DNA of 57,448 nucleotides, filler included, from Sphacelaria rigidula (lineage: Eukaryota), in the NCBI GenBank assembly GCA_964200075.2. It is 4 parts of 4 records of this genome, joined end to end, with 100 filler letters (N's around TTAATTAATTAA, not from the genome) between each part and the next. Parts side by side here need not be neighbours in the genome. Positions count along the whole stretch, not along the records: positions 14,390 to 28,676 come from CAXNAA020002333.1; positions 28,777 to 43,063 come from CAXNAA020002334.1; 2 more parts are not named here. One strand, given 5' to 3'. Position numbers and translations under genes: made by a program. Below, piece by piece: positions 26,019-39,601 of this stretch. Under the pieces are notes generated by a model. The model searched no databases. It saw nothing but the letters and a program-made list of their open reading frames with translations, and was not told the origin of the DNA. Position 1 is the stretch's first letter. The number at the start of each line of letters is the position of its first letter.

Positions 26019-26930
26019 GTGTGTGTGTTGTCGTCCCATGTGTGTGCCCACGAAAAATCTAGGTTGGGTGACAAGCTAGTGGGTGGAAGGACCATTTTGA
26101 CAGTTTCGATTGGTCGAGTAATCCATTATGTTTCCCACGAAAGACAGTGTCACTCACTTGGCGGTCGAGGTAAATTTGATTTTTAAAACAGTGCTGAAAT
26201 ATGACGATGAAGGCGAAAATCATTCTGACGAATCAAGTTGAGAGGTCGGCCAGGGATGGTCATATTTTAGTAGCGCACTAATGCCTCACTGGTGTCGCCA
26301 CTGTGGATGCTGTCTCGTAGGAGTATTTACCGTCTGACTGCGTATTGCGGCCGAAGAAGCTGATCTCTGGATCTTCCTGAAGAAGGTCACTGTCGTAGCC
26401 CTGTTGCCAAAGGATCTGAAAAGCGAGGGGGTATTTCTCTCTCGATATTTAGAGGAAGCATTGGCTGTAAGCCTCGGTGGTTGGCGGTGGAGCTGACCTT
26501 GTACAGGGTACAGAACAAGAGTGCTTTTCCGGGTGCCTGCGGTGGCTCGGTCATGTTGAGCTATCTCTACCGTAGGGTCCCGTTAATCGGGTACGAAAGA
26601 TTCGTCTGTACAGGTGTGAGGTTTTCGAAACCTCGAACTCATGTCACTGTCGGACCAGTTTCCTGTGACGTATTCTTCTCCGATTCTCATGTGTGCAACG
26701 TGAACATCATCATCCACATGGAAAATAGTGTGGTCTCCACACGGAATGTGTTCGCCATGTCCCAGCGGTGCTGCCATACAGTATGGTGGCGGAAATTACT
26801 CGACCGGGAAAATGTGTCGCCCTGTAACTTTTGGTAGAAGATCACTTCTTCCACGGTCATTTTTTGCAACCGTGGTTGTGTGCACTTTTCGTTGTGACAA
26901 AAAGTGTCCTCAGATGTACCAAAGTGCATG
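26019..26930 (-). mobile_element. Probable decayed Penelope-like retroelement 3' portion (GIY-YIG endonuclease relic)
   Basis: Ordered fragments across frameshifts: KCTQPR..GDTF..SNF, EEYV/ETGPTV..RFRK, REKY..FQILWQQGYDSD. These resemble the PLE Cys linker, the Y(V/I)GETGR..RF.EH motif and the RE..WI..L.T..P.GLN motif. Confidence 0.4.
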
Positions 26931-28676
26931 CACTCTTGATCATCCAAGAGTGCAAGAGCTGGAGTGCACCCCCGCTACATTTTTGATGGCACCTGTTGGT
27001 GTCATAGCCCAGTCACGTGTACGTCCGTCGAAGAAGAAACAAGAGACACACAGTACACACCACCCTGCGTAGAAACCCGTAGGCATGCGAGAGCGATCAT
27101 ATCAGTGGCGAATGCTGTGACCTGCTGCTTGGAGTTTGAGACTGCTCAATGTATTCTAGCACATGTTCTTCGAGCACCGGCATAGTTAGCAGGATGGCTA
27201 GCAGCAGCTGCATGTTCGTGGTATGCGGAGCTGTGCTAGCTCCCTGTAGCTGTGTCCGTGCTTATCCAGGTAGTTGTACCGTACTGCAGTGTGCAGCGGA
27301 AGTGTGCAGCGGAATCCAAATGGCGAAAAACAACTGTACCCGTTTCCCACCTATGGAGCATTCCCACCTCCTTCGTTTTGTTTAATCGTGTGGGGCATCG
27401 ATTCACGACATGGTCCAGGTGTTGATGGAAAACTTGACGCAAAGGCTTCTGGCCTATACCCGCACGGCATGTACGCTCGTAGTTCGTGTGCAAAAAACTA
27501 CAAGCATCTCAAGTGCTTTTGTTCCGAGATACCGCTTCGCGTGTTTTGAAGCCCTCGGCTCACTCCGTGCCCAGGTTGGAACGTCCGCGTGGAAGACCCT
27601 TGACATGAAGTCAATTGCTGTTGCCCATGACTGGTTTGTTGCCGAAATTAACAAATTAGTAATGTATAACATTTAGTACTCATCCTTCCCGGTGAAAACT
27701 GTTTGTGGATCTGTGAGATCAGGTGCGACGACCGATTTAAGTTTACACGGTTTTACTTTGCGTCGGACACTGAATTCCGGGCTGCCCGTAGCGGTTGTTG
27801 GTTACAAGCACGCAATGATGGCCTGTTCAGATTTCACTTTAAAGAGGCCAAAATTGCGTACTTGTCACTCGAAAAAAATCTCCTCTGCACGCTCTCTATG
27901 CATATGTTCATGCCCTCGATATATTTACTCAATACCCCCTACCTCCACACTTCCTCCACCTAGTGTTGGATGCCTCCTGCGTGGTCCGTGGGGCATGTAT
28001 AGTTCTGCTCTGCTCAGAAAGCTGGGACAGGCGATACTTACCTCGAACTCGTCCGGTGTGATCGTGAAGCAGTCTATTCGAGTCGGCGTACGGTACGCCA
28101 ATGCACCGCTTGATGTATTGAGTTGTATTGAACGGATGCTCCTGCAGTAGAAGTATCAACCGTTTCGTGGTCAGCTGGCGGAAACGATATCGTGAGTTAC
28201 ACGCGACCTGACCCCACGAACGCCTCTACTGACGTGCAGACATGGGATAATGTGAAGGGTTTGATTTGTAGGGCGGTTTTTCTCCAACTCGTCGCTCCAA
28301 ATCCGTGGTTAAGCATAATTTGTCATCCGTCAAATCACACAAGACTGACCCGAATCCAATAATGAAGCCAAGGTAGCCTTGGAACCCTCGGGCGAGAGGG
28401 GTGCAGAAGGTGGGTGCCCCAGACGAAGTGTGCGACACCCATTTGGGCAAAAATGCGTACTCCTCACAGTGGGCGAGCACCTGGGGCTGTCATCCCCCTG
28501 AAAATCCAAATATGATGGACCCACACCACAAACAAATGATGCTGTGAGTTGTGTTTTAACCGAGAATATGGGGGCAGAAGTTGGGGTAAAGTTAACTGCA
28601 CTCTACCCCCCCCCCCCCGCCCCCCTGCCCGGCCACCTGCCGCGCGGCAGGCCTCAGCGTGCCATCCGCGAGCCAC

Positions 28677-28776
28677 NNNNNNNNNNNNNNNNNNNNNNNN
28701 NNNNNNNNNNNNNNNNNNNNTTAATTAATTAANNNNNNNNNNNNNNNNNNNNNNNNNNNNNNNNNNNNNNNNNNNN
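28677..28776. other. Artificial scaffold linker
   Basis: N44-TTAATTAATTAA-N44. Confidence 0.98.
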
Positions 28777-28959
28777 GAGGGGTTCAGCAGTCCCTTTCCC
28801 TCGTCAACCATCAGGTCTAATTTTGTGTACCCACGACGTAGTCGCTCTCCACTGTCGGGCATGGCGTAAGAAAAAATCACAGATCGCTCCGGGAATCGGA
28901 CCCCACAACTCAACCACCAGACGCTTACGAGTTACCAATTGAGCCACCGGGACGACCGG
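28777..28959 (-). mobile_element. tRNA-derived SINE family 1, copy 4 (5' half; cut by the scaffold edge)
   Basis: Matches the head and first half of the body of the other copies. Confidence 0.85.
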
Positions 28960-29389
28960 TCCGAGTAGAGCACGTAATTCCAAGGTGTCAACATTCGCCC
29001 AGCCCTCTTTTAGGGGGTAAACCGACGGAGAAGGGCACAAGAGGCAGTTTTCTACAGGATTTTAGGCGGCTCCCATTAGAGTTGGTCTGAGAGTTGTGCT
29101 TTGAAACTTTAGTCTGGAGAATCGCAGAGTGCTGAAACTAAAAAAGGAGAGCCTTCATTTTTTTTTCGAGAACTGAGGCCGTTCTCGTGAAAAAAATGAT
29201 AATTTTGACTATACTAAATAGTCCTTAATTCATGGGAAAATATCAATAAATAATAACCTGTCCCATTTTATTGATTCATTATGCCTCAGGGAGGTCTCAC
29301 AAAAAACTCGAAACAAAAGTACCAAACCTGGGCTGGTAAGTGGCCTGCAAAATACTGTCCCGAAATTTCGGCCGGCCCGGTTTTCTAAT

Positions 29390-30062
29390 CGCCCGTTTTC
29401 ACCTTAATTTAGAGAATTGGACTTTTGAAATTGGTACGGACAATGAGGAGGGCATGATTACAAAAGCTTTTGCGGGACAGAAAGTCTTATTTTTGTTTTT
29501 TCCATGAGTTGAGTTGACCTCATTTTACTTTTCTATTTTTCCATGATTCAACGGGATTTCATTACTGATAATACATATGCTAACTCGTGAACAAAATGGA
29601 AACTTCTTGTCCCGCAAAAAGTGTTTTCATCATGCCCTATTTATTCTCCGTATCAAATTTGCCCCGGTGGCTCAGTTGGTAATCTCGAAACCTTCTGACG
29701 GTTGGGTCTTGGAATCAAATCTCAGAGTGGTATGGGATTCTTTCTCACATCATGGCCAACAGTGGAGAGCGGCCATATCGTTGGAACACAAAATCCGACT
29801 TAACGGTCGACGAGGGAAAGGGAGTGCTGAACCCCTCTCGCGACAAAAAAAAAGGCAAGCACCGCAGAAGGAAGGTGGGGTACTAAAAACAAACAAAAAC
29901 GAAGAACTCCAGTGTTGACCTTCTTCCTGTGTTACCCCGGCTGGTGCGCCCACATATACCGATATGCCGAATTATGTAGACTGGCGTCCAGAACAGATGG
30001 GACGACAACACACAACACGCATCAAATTTGAAAGTTCAACTCTCGAAATGGAGGTGAGACGG
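29390..30062. mobile_element. AT-rich foldback/MITE interrupted by a SINE
   Basis: 29390-29520 is the imperfect reverse complement of 29580-29660 plus 30030-30062 once the SINE is removed (for example ttttgcgggacag / ttgtcccgcaaaa). Confidence 0.7.
29661..30018 (+). mobile_element. tRNA-derived SINE family 1, copy 5, with target-site duplication
   Basis: GCCCCGGTGGCTCAGTTGG...ATGGGACGACAACACAC, flanked by the direct repeat atcaaattt (29652-29660 and 30021-30029). Confidence 0.92.
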
Positions 30063-33041
30063 GACTTGCAAACTGCGAATTCGCATCTAGGTTGGACCAG
30101 CTCGTAGCTCTGTTGTTCCCATGTTTGAGTAGACACATGCGCCGAGGACGAATGCAGTTGTGCTGCCAGAGTTGATCGTATTACACGAACCTTCTGACTT
30201 TCCTTGCACCGTGCAGTATTCCCATCCCCATCCGTTCGAGGTGCGATCAATGGTGCCCGTAGACTGGAATTGGAGACATTGAGCCCCCCATCCTCCCTTT
30301 CCCCCCAAAAGGGGGGGGGGGGGTTCCAACCATAATCGATGTGATTGAAAAAGTTGTATTTTGCAAGAACCGCACAGCTGTAGCCGGCGTCTCGATGGGT
30401 GTTTATATGCTTCTTGCTCATCTTCGTATGGTGCCGTGCGCCCTCGGCTTTCAATGTAGTATGACAACATGATGGGATCCGCGTTGTATTGTTGAGGCCA
30501 ATCTTGCACTGGAGAATATAACTCCGAAACTCGAGAAAGACACATAATACACAACATCATACCGTGAACATCACCCGCCCCGTCCCCCAAACCCAACAAT
30601 TTCAACTTCAGGGGTCCATGTGTTTGGAGGGCTGAAATACTGGTATTCCTGACGCGATGACTGTGCTATGGCCATTGGAATGTTGTAAAACTTTCGAATC
30701 GGCTTTTGCATTTTTGGGCTCCGTGGTTGACTCTGCCAACAACGGGTATCCCTTGTTGCTGGCGGTGGTATATGTGACGGTTTAAGAGATTGGTTTATAA
30801 TTGGAAAACACTGGACTTTAGACTTCAACGCGCACGGCATGTATTAGTACCTGTCCTCACCGAAGGCATGCGGTCATCACCAGGGCACTTATAGCCTCAA
30901 TAACCAACGCTATGATAACGACAGAATAGTACACCGCCTGTTTTCGCTACTCGGTTGCCCGTTGCCTCTCGAGTAACGGGAGAAAACTCGCACCAAATAC
31001 ACGCCGTCAATCGCTGGGACATTGAGGACAAGACAACACAAAGAACAGTCGCACATACAAGTACCGTAACGCGATTTGGGGCTACATTGAGATGAGTAGG
31101 GCCGTTTCTTATGGCAAACAAGATCAAACATTTTGAGCATTGCCTTTTCAGAGCTTCTGCGTCGTTTTACTCCCTGAAAGAGAACTAGGCGAATTTTGAT
31201 GCCTTGGGATGCGTCTGAACTATTTTTCGGTGGCCGCAGTTCATTTCCTTGGCCAAACTTGCATTGTTGGACTTGACAGGTCTCGGAGGAAAATTCAAGT
31301 TTGACTGAGAAAAGAGCTGCGGCCACCAGGAACCGTCTCAACGAGTACGGCAAGCCATTTGGATTGGCATTCCAACGTGTCAAAATCCGCCTAGCTCTCT
31401 TTCGGGGAGGAAAACGACGCAGATGCTGCGAAGACACGGCTTTCCATATTTTCTTGTCTGTGTGCCCTAGGAAGCAACCTAACGGCAAGCCGGGGGATGT
31501 TGAGCAGGCCATTTTGACATAAAGCAACAGCGCAACAGCAAACAGAAATTGGTGAATCCCATTTGCCCACGAAGGATGTCAACAAACCCGCGAAGGAGTT
31601 GGCTACCGCGGAAGTTCGTGTTCAAAAGCATAGCGTCGAGGTGGCAAGGCTGTTACGCTGCCATAGGCCGGCAAGGGGCATGCTTCTACGAGATCGATTG
31701 CTTGTACATCGACAAGTGAAACGTGACATGCGCACTGCGATCATCACGATCATTAATATCAGTCGTGGGGACACATCTCTGTAATGGACCTGTACGGCGC
31801 CTTCTCTACCCACGTGACCATACACGTTTAACCTCTATACGCTCCGTTTTGGCCTTCTCCGTTCACAATTACGATTCCGGACGGGTCGCTCGTGCTAACG
31901 TACGCATACATGGCGAAATCATTGGTTTTCTACTTGTCTGGCCCAAATTGGATTCTACAGACAAGCATCACTCTGCCGATCGGTACCATGGTACCTCAAG
32001 ACAACGACTCGAGGAATTGAAGAGCCTCACAATACATGAGCGACAAACAAACCGAGGCGCTACCGTTCTAGTATCCCAAGCTGTCGGGGCAACACGGCCT
32101 TTCTTCAACGCCGATCTGTGGGCGGAGAAATCACGCACCGCAATCCAATGTAGGACAAAATGAAATGAGTAGAGCACAACGACATCGCTAAACCACAACT
32201 AAATCACTCGCCCATGCGACACAGCAAAATGCATGGCAACCCAAATATAGGGGGCGTGAGCTACTACCTTTCAGCGTAAGGAGGACGGGGGTACTGTCCC
32301 CGGCTACAAGCTAGCAGATCGGATTCCGAATGTCGCCTGTACACCCGGGCTGTGCGTGTTGATATTGCACTCCACCAGGAAGACACTGAAAACACAAACG
32401 GCTTGTGGTGGTACAGCACGGGGCGACAGCGTCACACCGAATGCAAGGGATTGAATTTCTCATAAATGCCCAAAGCCATAGTTGTGTTCGTGCTGCAGCC
32501 ACGCTGCGTGGGAGCGGGCGTGTTCCACAAACATTGCCCGCATGGTATAGTCATGGTTGGCATGAACTCCGAAGCTAATCCCACCCCATCTAACGCCGTG
32601 AGCCATCCGCTGTGCGGCAAGTGACCGCATTACGAGTCATACTGAATGGAATACATGAACAACAGGGACGGAAACTCTCCAATACTCGCAAAATTTCAGC
32701 CAGAAGTTTCAACAATCGTTCCAGGACTCGAATCTTCAACACAGGGCCAGCCCACATGAGCGTTGAAAAAGCTGATAGGAGTCGTCGCTTCCACATGGCA
32801 AACCATCCGGAGCAATCGATGAACATCAAATATCACCCCCCCCCCCCCCCCCTCAGAGCCCTGTCGTTGAAGACGCCTGTGTTTTGAACGGATATTCGAA
32901 ACGTCCATATCTTTTCAAGAAGATGGGGCTGCCCCAAGATTCACGCGGTCACAGCGTAGCTGTCGGACACGCACATCTTTGCAAATATGAAGGTAGCTGC
33001 AAAGGAGGTCCACGCGTGACGGATCAGTGCAGGAGCTGTCG

Positions 33042-35291
33042 TCAGATGTCCATGTGTTTCTTGATGGAGCTAACCAAGCCGCTCTTGGGCACCGCCCCCA
33101 CGACGGTTAATATACTTTTGCGCTCGTGGAAAAGCATGATCGTTGGAATGTTTCGGATTCCGAATTCGGCAACTGTCTTGGGGTTCTCGTCTGTGCACAG
33201 CTCAAACACCTTGAGCTTGCTGCCGAGCTCGTCTATTACCTCGTCCACCACCGGTGCAACCATGCGACATGGACCACACCTGTGTCGCCGTCATGTTCAA
33301 ATAAATACAGTATCGAGCACGCGTTCGAGTCATCATACCATGGTTGATGGGAAATTAAGAGCACGCTTTTCGGTTGAAGGGTTGCTACTGTAGAATATCT
33401 CACGCCCATCAACGCTGTAATTGAGCGGTGCGTTGAGGCAACGTTGAAGAATTTTAGGCCGGAGGACTCGGCGGATAACCAATACAGCTTGAACAATGTG
33501 ACAAACGATGCTGAGGCGCGTGCCTGTTCGTTCTCATTTTCTTTCTCTTAGCCCCTTCCATTGGGTGCAGTATAAACCCCTTGCTCAGGCTTTGTTTTCC
33601 CCACCGTACCTAGCCGCGGCAGAGCCATGCTGCCCTCGTTTGCTATCTGTGAACCAGACTTGACTAGGATCCTCCCGAACGTATTGAACGTACTCGTCTC
33701 AGTGCGTACGCCTTGATTCAGACATCCCCATGTCCTGCAACGACCTCTTGTGACATGCAGTCCGGCATGCTCTTGAAAAAAAGCAGAAAGCCGAGAGTAC
33801 GCTACACGGCTGTACTGGCGGAAAATGAAGGAATTTCAACATGAACCCGAGAACCCAAATAGCCTTCAAAATTCAGTTCAATACGCGACATATGGCTACT
33901 AAGCAACGGGCTACTTAACTGTGTTGGTGCCATAATAGCATGAGGAGGCCAAGGTGTGACCGTTTTCGTCAAAGAGTAAGAATGCTGGGGGTCTTCTGCT
34001 TCGGCAATTGCATACATACAATGAACGTAAATGTCCACTCGCAGAAGTCGCTGTACTATTCCACTAATCAAACAGTACACCACACACGTTGTGTAGTAGT
34101 CTTTGTGCCTGCAACCTGTAGGTCAAGTCTAGTGGTCGAGGTGTCACGACTAGCGTTCTGCTCGCGAAGTTTGATGAGTCGCCAGCGCTGCAGTGCGTGG
34201 CACGTGGTCGAGGAACCGCTACCTTGGTGGCAAAAGACAATACGGTCGGTAATTCAGTCTCGTGGGGGAGGCAAAATTACTGACTGCTATTTTAAGACGT
34301 ACTGTACATCACAACTGAAGCACGTTCGCAGGAACACGGTAAGTGGCAAGGGCAACCATATCTGCGCGTTGTCCTTCACGTGTGGCTGGTCCAGTCTAAC
34401 GTCCGGCTAAAAAGTCCCAGACTCGAACTGTACTCCGCAGCTCATTTGTGCACCGACAAGGTCGAAAACAAGCAAATAAAGGGTGTGTGAGTGTGGGGGG
34501 GATACCGGACCGCGGGCAGTTCACGACTCCGTACCGTCGGCTAATACCCACCCCCCTCAGGGAGGCAACGGAAAAAGAAACCACGTCTCCTCGTCGTTCA
34601 TCCATATCTTCTTGTACCGAAACTGAAAACGGTCGTTATTGTACGTGGTGTACATATAGTACTCGCGTACTTCGTTACTTTAATGTTTTCAAGGCGCTCA
34701 CCATGGTGCTCTAAAGAAAACCAGCACAGGGCTATCCATATCTAGCACCTCCTTCTCAAAGCTCTCATCTGTTACCACGGGTGCGCGACTGTTAGATTCC
34801 ATCACCAGCCCTCCTCCTCGTGCTTTGCTGGACGACGGTAGCGCGTGCAACCTGCATCACACGCATGCGAACAGACAAGTTACCACAAGGCAATAGCAGG
34901 AGAACCGTCGAGTTGATCGATTCTACTACACACATTCTCTCGCTCAGCAAGAGGAGACGTAGAATCCCATGGGCCGACTGACCGACAGGTGGCCCTCTCT
35001 GTCGCAGATTGAGGCAACATGACGAAGCTCACGAACTGCAAGTACCGTCCACAAGCTGTCCGCTCCTGGCAGTTTCACACACCTGAACGAGGCTACGAGT
35101 CGTCGTGCTCCCCATCCCCCGCGCCCGAGTCCCAGTCCACCTTTGCGCAGGAGAGAACCTCCCCCCACACCTGTAGTAACGAAGGACTCCCCCGTGTGGG
35201 CAATACAAGCCAACAACGCCAACAACACAGACAGCAGGCTGCCCCAAATGCTACTCGCACGTACCCATAGTAGCATGTGTCGCAGCAGCAT
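33042..35291 (-). CDS. TRX: Plastid-targeted thioredoxin (m-type-like), 3 exons
   Basis: Exons 35291-35083 (signal peptide ending GES-FVT plus transit peptide), 34851-34702 (..VTDESFEKEVLDMDSPVLVFFRAPW), 33279-33042 (CGPCRMVAPVV..GIRNIPT..VVGAVPKS..*). The WCGPC active site is split by an intron and the phases fit. Confidence 0.93.
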
Positions 35292-35626
35292 GTTTCGCCA
35301 CACACTGCGAGTGTACAGTAACAGCACCACCACTCGGGGCTGACTGCACCGTACTGCAGTGTAAGCAATGTTCAGGTTATCCAGCTGTTTTCAATTAGCC
35401 TTGTAGTTGTGTACAAAGGCCGAGGGCAGTAGCACATGTACAGTACAGTCGTGTACCGTGGTCCGTGCTGGCTGCCATGTACGGAAGAAGCAGCTCATGC
35501 AACATCCGGGCTGTGGATAATGACCAAATTTTATGCAGTACTAGTTCAACACCCCCCACCTCCAGAGACAAACTTTGTATATCCCAGTGAGGTGCGCCGA
35601 GCTGGCCACAAGGCGAGGGTGCGAAC

Positions 35627-38600
35627 ATGAGTGTTAATACTAGAAAGAGGGGCTCGGCTTGGCTTTTAGAGAAGCCGGTGGTGTCTCGCTTGGCCTTCGA
35701 GGAGGAACGCGTTGTCTTTGAAATAGAACGGCTTGTTGACGCTGACAGAGTGAATTTGGCGCCAACCGCAGCAGCAGCAGGAACTGGAAGACAAGATGGA
35801 AGCATGTTTAATCTGACCTGCACCGCGGAGAACAAGCGCCAGAAGCTATCCACCAACCCAGAAGTTGCAACATGCGAGGGTGTGGGAAATCGAACCTATT
35901 CCTCGAGTCAACAACAAATAAGTTTTCAGTCTGCGACAGAAAATAAGCCACAGCACAAAGTAGAGATTCTGGAAGAACGCAGCGCGGCGGCTGCTCCCTG
36001 GGGTACCGGCGGCTGGCTGGGGCCGAGCCGACAGGCTGAGAGTGCGGAGAACCAGGGATGTTCCGTTGAACGGTCCTCGGCAGGAAGAAAAGTCGGGGGC
36101 ACTCAAGGTGGGACAGCAGTGTCGTTTACAGCCGAGGAGATTGCTTGCTTCGATATTGAATTGGTACTGACGGTACGGTAAAGTGAAAGAGTCGGTTAAA
36201 ACTATTTGGACACCCTATAACAGTAATCATGTATACCCTCTAATAGTAAGCAGGCATGCACGTGAACGGTAGGTGGTTCGGTCAACCCTTCGGCGCCCGC
36301 GGCCTTCTACTAGGAGAATCCGACCTCTAGAAGTCTCGTCAGTTTTGAGAAGATCGTAATAGTGCAGGGGTAGGCTGCCGCTAGTAGGCACGATGGACGC
36401 TGAAAACGAATCCTGGAGTTTTGAGTTTTGGACTAATAGGATTGCGGCAGCCTAGATGTGGTGAGCACGGTGACTTGTGGGGAGTGGCCTTTGGTACACT
36501 TTCGGAACGGTAAAGCCGGCCAAAGTCGCCTCCCCTTCTCCAACTCCCAACGCCATGAGCACCCGCTTGAGCACCAGGGGTGTGTGACGGGGACAAGCTC
36601 ATTGCTGCGGTTCGCTTGTGCGTCTGACAAGTTGACTTGTGCTCGTCCTGCTCAGTTGGCTCATGAGGGAGAGAAAACTCCGCAAACCTCAGGCACAAAA
36701 TCAAAGTCACCACCAAACGACACCCGTACGCGCCGCCTACAGCACCTCCAGTAAATACGGCACGTAGCTTTGCTATTCCGCAGCAGCTATATGCCTTTGG
36801 CCAGCATGTACTACTGTTGGCGCGAACACGTCTTCAAAACTGTAGTGTTGAAATTTCGAGTATCCGGACGGTGGGACGGCAACGCCCCTGGCCCCGACCT
36901 ACAGTGTTGCGCCAAAATGAACAAAAACAAAATCGGAACAGAATCTGACCACTTTTCCCTTGAGAGCGTACTCTTGCAGCGCACAATACCAGATGTAGCG
37001 ACGTGGAACTGTTGACTGTGGTTCGCACAACATATGAGCAAAGTTTCAGCGCCTCGCAGCCGCTGCAGCGCGCGTAGGGTCGTGCGCATTGTAGTGCGCA
37101 GTTTTACAGACTGTGTACCAATCGGTACATTACAGATGGTCATGATCCAGAGAGGGTTGTAGTACAGACCGGTGTCAGTTTTTCATCACATCGGCCGCTC
37201 AGCCACGCTCAATGTCCAAGTTTGTGCATCTGCGCGTGCACATATGCGTTCACCTGTAGTGCGCAAAGTCTGGGAAGCTGCATGGCCGATTTGAGAGCGC
37301 ATGGACGGCATTCCCCACAATCGGTTGGGACCATGTTGTACGGTGTTCCCCGGCCCAATCGCGCGGATGCTTTGGGCATATGCTGCCTGTGTTGTGCCCA
37401 ACTAGTGTGCAAAGTTTCATGATGAAACACCCAGTCACAGGCGAGAAATCCACAACTCAAGTTGCTCTGAAAAATGGTGGTTCACCATAGGAAAGTACTC
37501 AAATAAATATGAGATGCGGTTACGCCCTGATTACGCCGCATATCATATGCGGTTGCGTGGTATTACGGTACGGGTATACTGTACTGTCTGTAGACCGTAC
37601 ATTTCATCAGCGTATTATACTGCACTTTATGTAGTGGTCATGGCGGAGTTTTCAAATTTCAAACCCAGCAGCTGCGCCGCGAGACATGCATGCAAACGAT
37701 TGTCTCGTTCTCCAGTGCGACAAAAGCAAATGAGATGCTTCTTTTTCAAGCGGATCGTACACTCCATATACTACGCCCTGGGTGCGGTGGTGCGCTGGAA
37801 CACCTAGCGTGGTCGCCACCTATCGTCGTACAATGGGGCCCGCAAGTCACCCGTACCGAGCAACACCATGTACACCACCGAACGCAGGATATGGTCACGT
37901 TCTCGGCCTGCAACTTGTGCCGAGGATCCAGCCTTGAACATGGCTTTTCAGATATGCAATGTGTTGGTCTTAAGGTCGTCCCTCTGGGGCACCTCGCTCG
38001 TGTGAACTACACCTACTTTACGGATGATCCAAGCTGGTATTTTATACAATGATTCTTGTATGCGAAAATCGGCTTACGTTTGACTTTTTTTTTCTTTTGG
38101 CGTAACACTGCCTATGTACGAGTATGACGCGTCGGATATATATGGATGGAAGCGACCTTTTTCTAGACAGGCATAGTCTCTTCAAGAACAAGTATTATGA
38201 CCCCTCGGCGAAGAGAAATAAGCATGAAGCGGTCAACTGGCGCATGAGCGCCCCACTGCAGGGCATCGTCCTACTGTGAAGTATTCCATACTTCCCTGTT
38301 TGGCTTAGTATGGTACCGCCTTCTGCGTGAAAACTCCAATCGCATGGGAAGCTATAGTCAATGCCTTTTCAACGCAATTTTTTTCTGTCGGTTCGAGAGT
38401 TAGCTAAGGGCTCCACACCCCTTGGAAATATATGTCCAGACTTTTTCCCTAGGTTTTGCGCACTCTTGTCGACGTCAACAAGGATGATATCCACCATACG
38501 GGCATCAGCGGGAAGCCTGTGAGTACAGCTCTCGAACAGTACCTCGCTCGTGTTGTGACTCGCTGCCCCACACGGTCACAAAACAAGAGTGGATGGAGCG

Positions 38601-38761
38601 ATTTTTCTCGCATTTTTCCTCTTCTAATGTAACTTTTGCCCTAGAGCGGGTCAAACGCTCTCGAGTCGCATGTGGGGCAATGAAATCGCGGCCCAACGCA
38701 CGTGGGACGTTTATGCCAAGATTTACAAACTGCCGGCTTTTCCCAGTCTACCTACGTGAAG

Positions 38762-38804
<43 letters not shown>

Positions 38805-39601
38805 CTTCCCTCAGCACTGTAGACCCGGCACTCGGCGTATGGGACCCGAACCCGCACTGGAACTTCTCTGACCCGCGACGAGTCTACAGGAAAAAAATCA
38901 GAAATTTCCGCTGAGTCATCTGTTCAGACTCGTTGTGGGGCGAGGATCACGGACATGGCTTTGTCCTCTTTATTCCTCTAAAATTATTCAAGTTGCAGGG
39001 GCGCACATTTTTTCAACAGTGATTTCTCCCACCTTATCGTGAACTAAAGCACTGCTGAAACACGCGTGCATGTCATCAAGTGCCGCCAAGAATAATATCC
39101 AAGCCGGCATTGTTTTGAAGGTAGTCTGATTTCCATCGTTGACAAGGTGAAGGCGTGAGTAGTGAAGAAATATGAAGCAGGTCAACCCTTTTGGGACTGG
39201 GCCTCCAGAACGACCAATGAGGCTGGTCAGGAATGACGTGTCCTGCACATGGATGAAACAGTGACTTCATGTTGCTAAAAATCAGCGTTTGAATGTAACG
39301 GCAGGGTTAGATGAAGACCGACAGTTCCATCCAATCTATTTTCAGGTGCAGGTACAAACTCTCTGTACTATAATTCGGGTTTTGTGCGCATCAGGTGATG
39401 TACAGATGTGTCAAGCAGAATGAGTCGCGGTGGAGAGCTTTCAACAGGATGTGGCAACCGCGCCCCCTGCTTGTGGCCTTGGATACTGTCCCCATCACCT
39501 TGACACACAGTCCTTTGTTGTCGGAGTGGGCCTCGATTTCCCTCTTTGTTGCAGACGACAAATTCTCTTCGAACGGCATGGATGTTGCGCCGCAGATATA
39601 G
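35627..39601 (+). CDS. Hypothetical protein, about 3 exons; 3' end uncertain
   Basis: Long first exon 35627-36172 (donor gtacgg), phase-0 exon 38453-38518 (VLRTLVDVNKDDIHHTGISGKP), phase-0 exon from 39395 (VMYRCVKQNESRWRAFNRMW..); head-to-head with TRX. No domain recognised. Confidence 0.55.
38762..38805. repeat. (AAC)n microsatellite
   Basis: About 14 perfect tandem units. Confidence 0.95.

Noticed and set aside
27270..28150. Further exons of the Pro-rich gene
   Set aside because: No phase-compatible exon with convincing splice sites or protein signal was found.
29661..29735. SINE heads as functional tRNA genes
   Set aside because: The acceptor stem does not close properly, the copies are mutually diverged and each is fused to the same 290-nt body.
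29915..30005. HDV-like ribozyme suggested by the GAA..ATGGGAC ending
   Set aside because: I could not build the nested double pseudoknot; simple hairpins explain the sequence.
30600..32200. ORFs of 146-205 aa downstream of thioredoxin
   Set aside because: No motif or consistent splice structure recognised; left unannotated.
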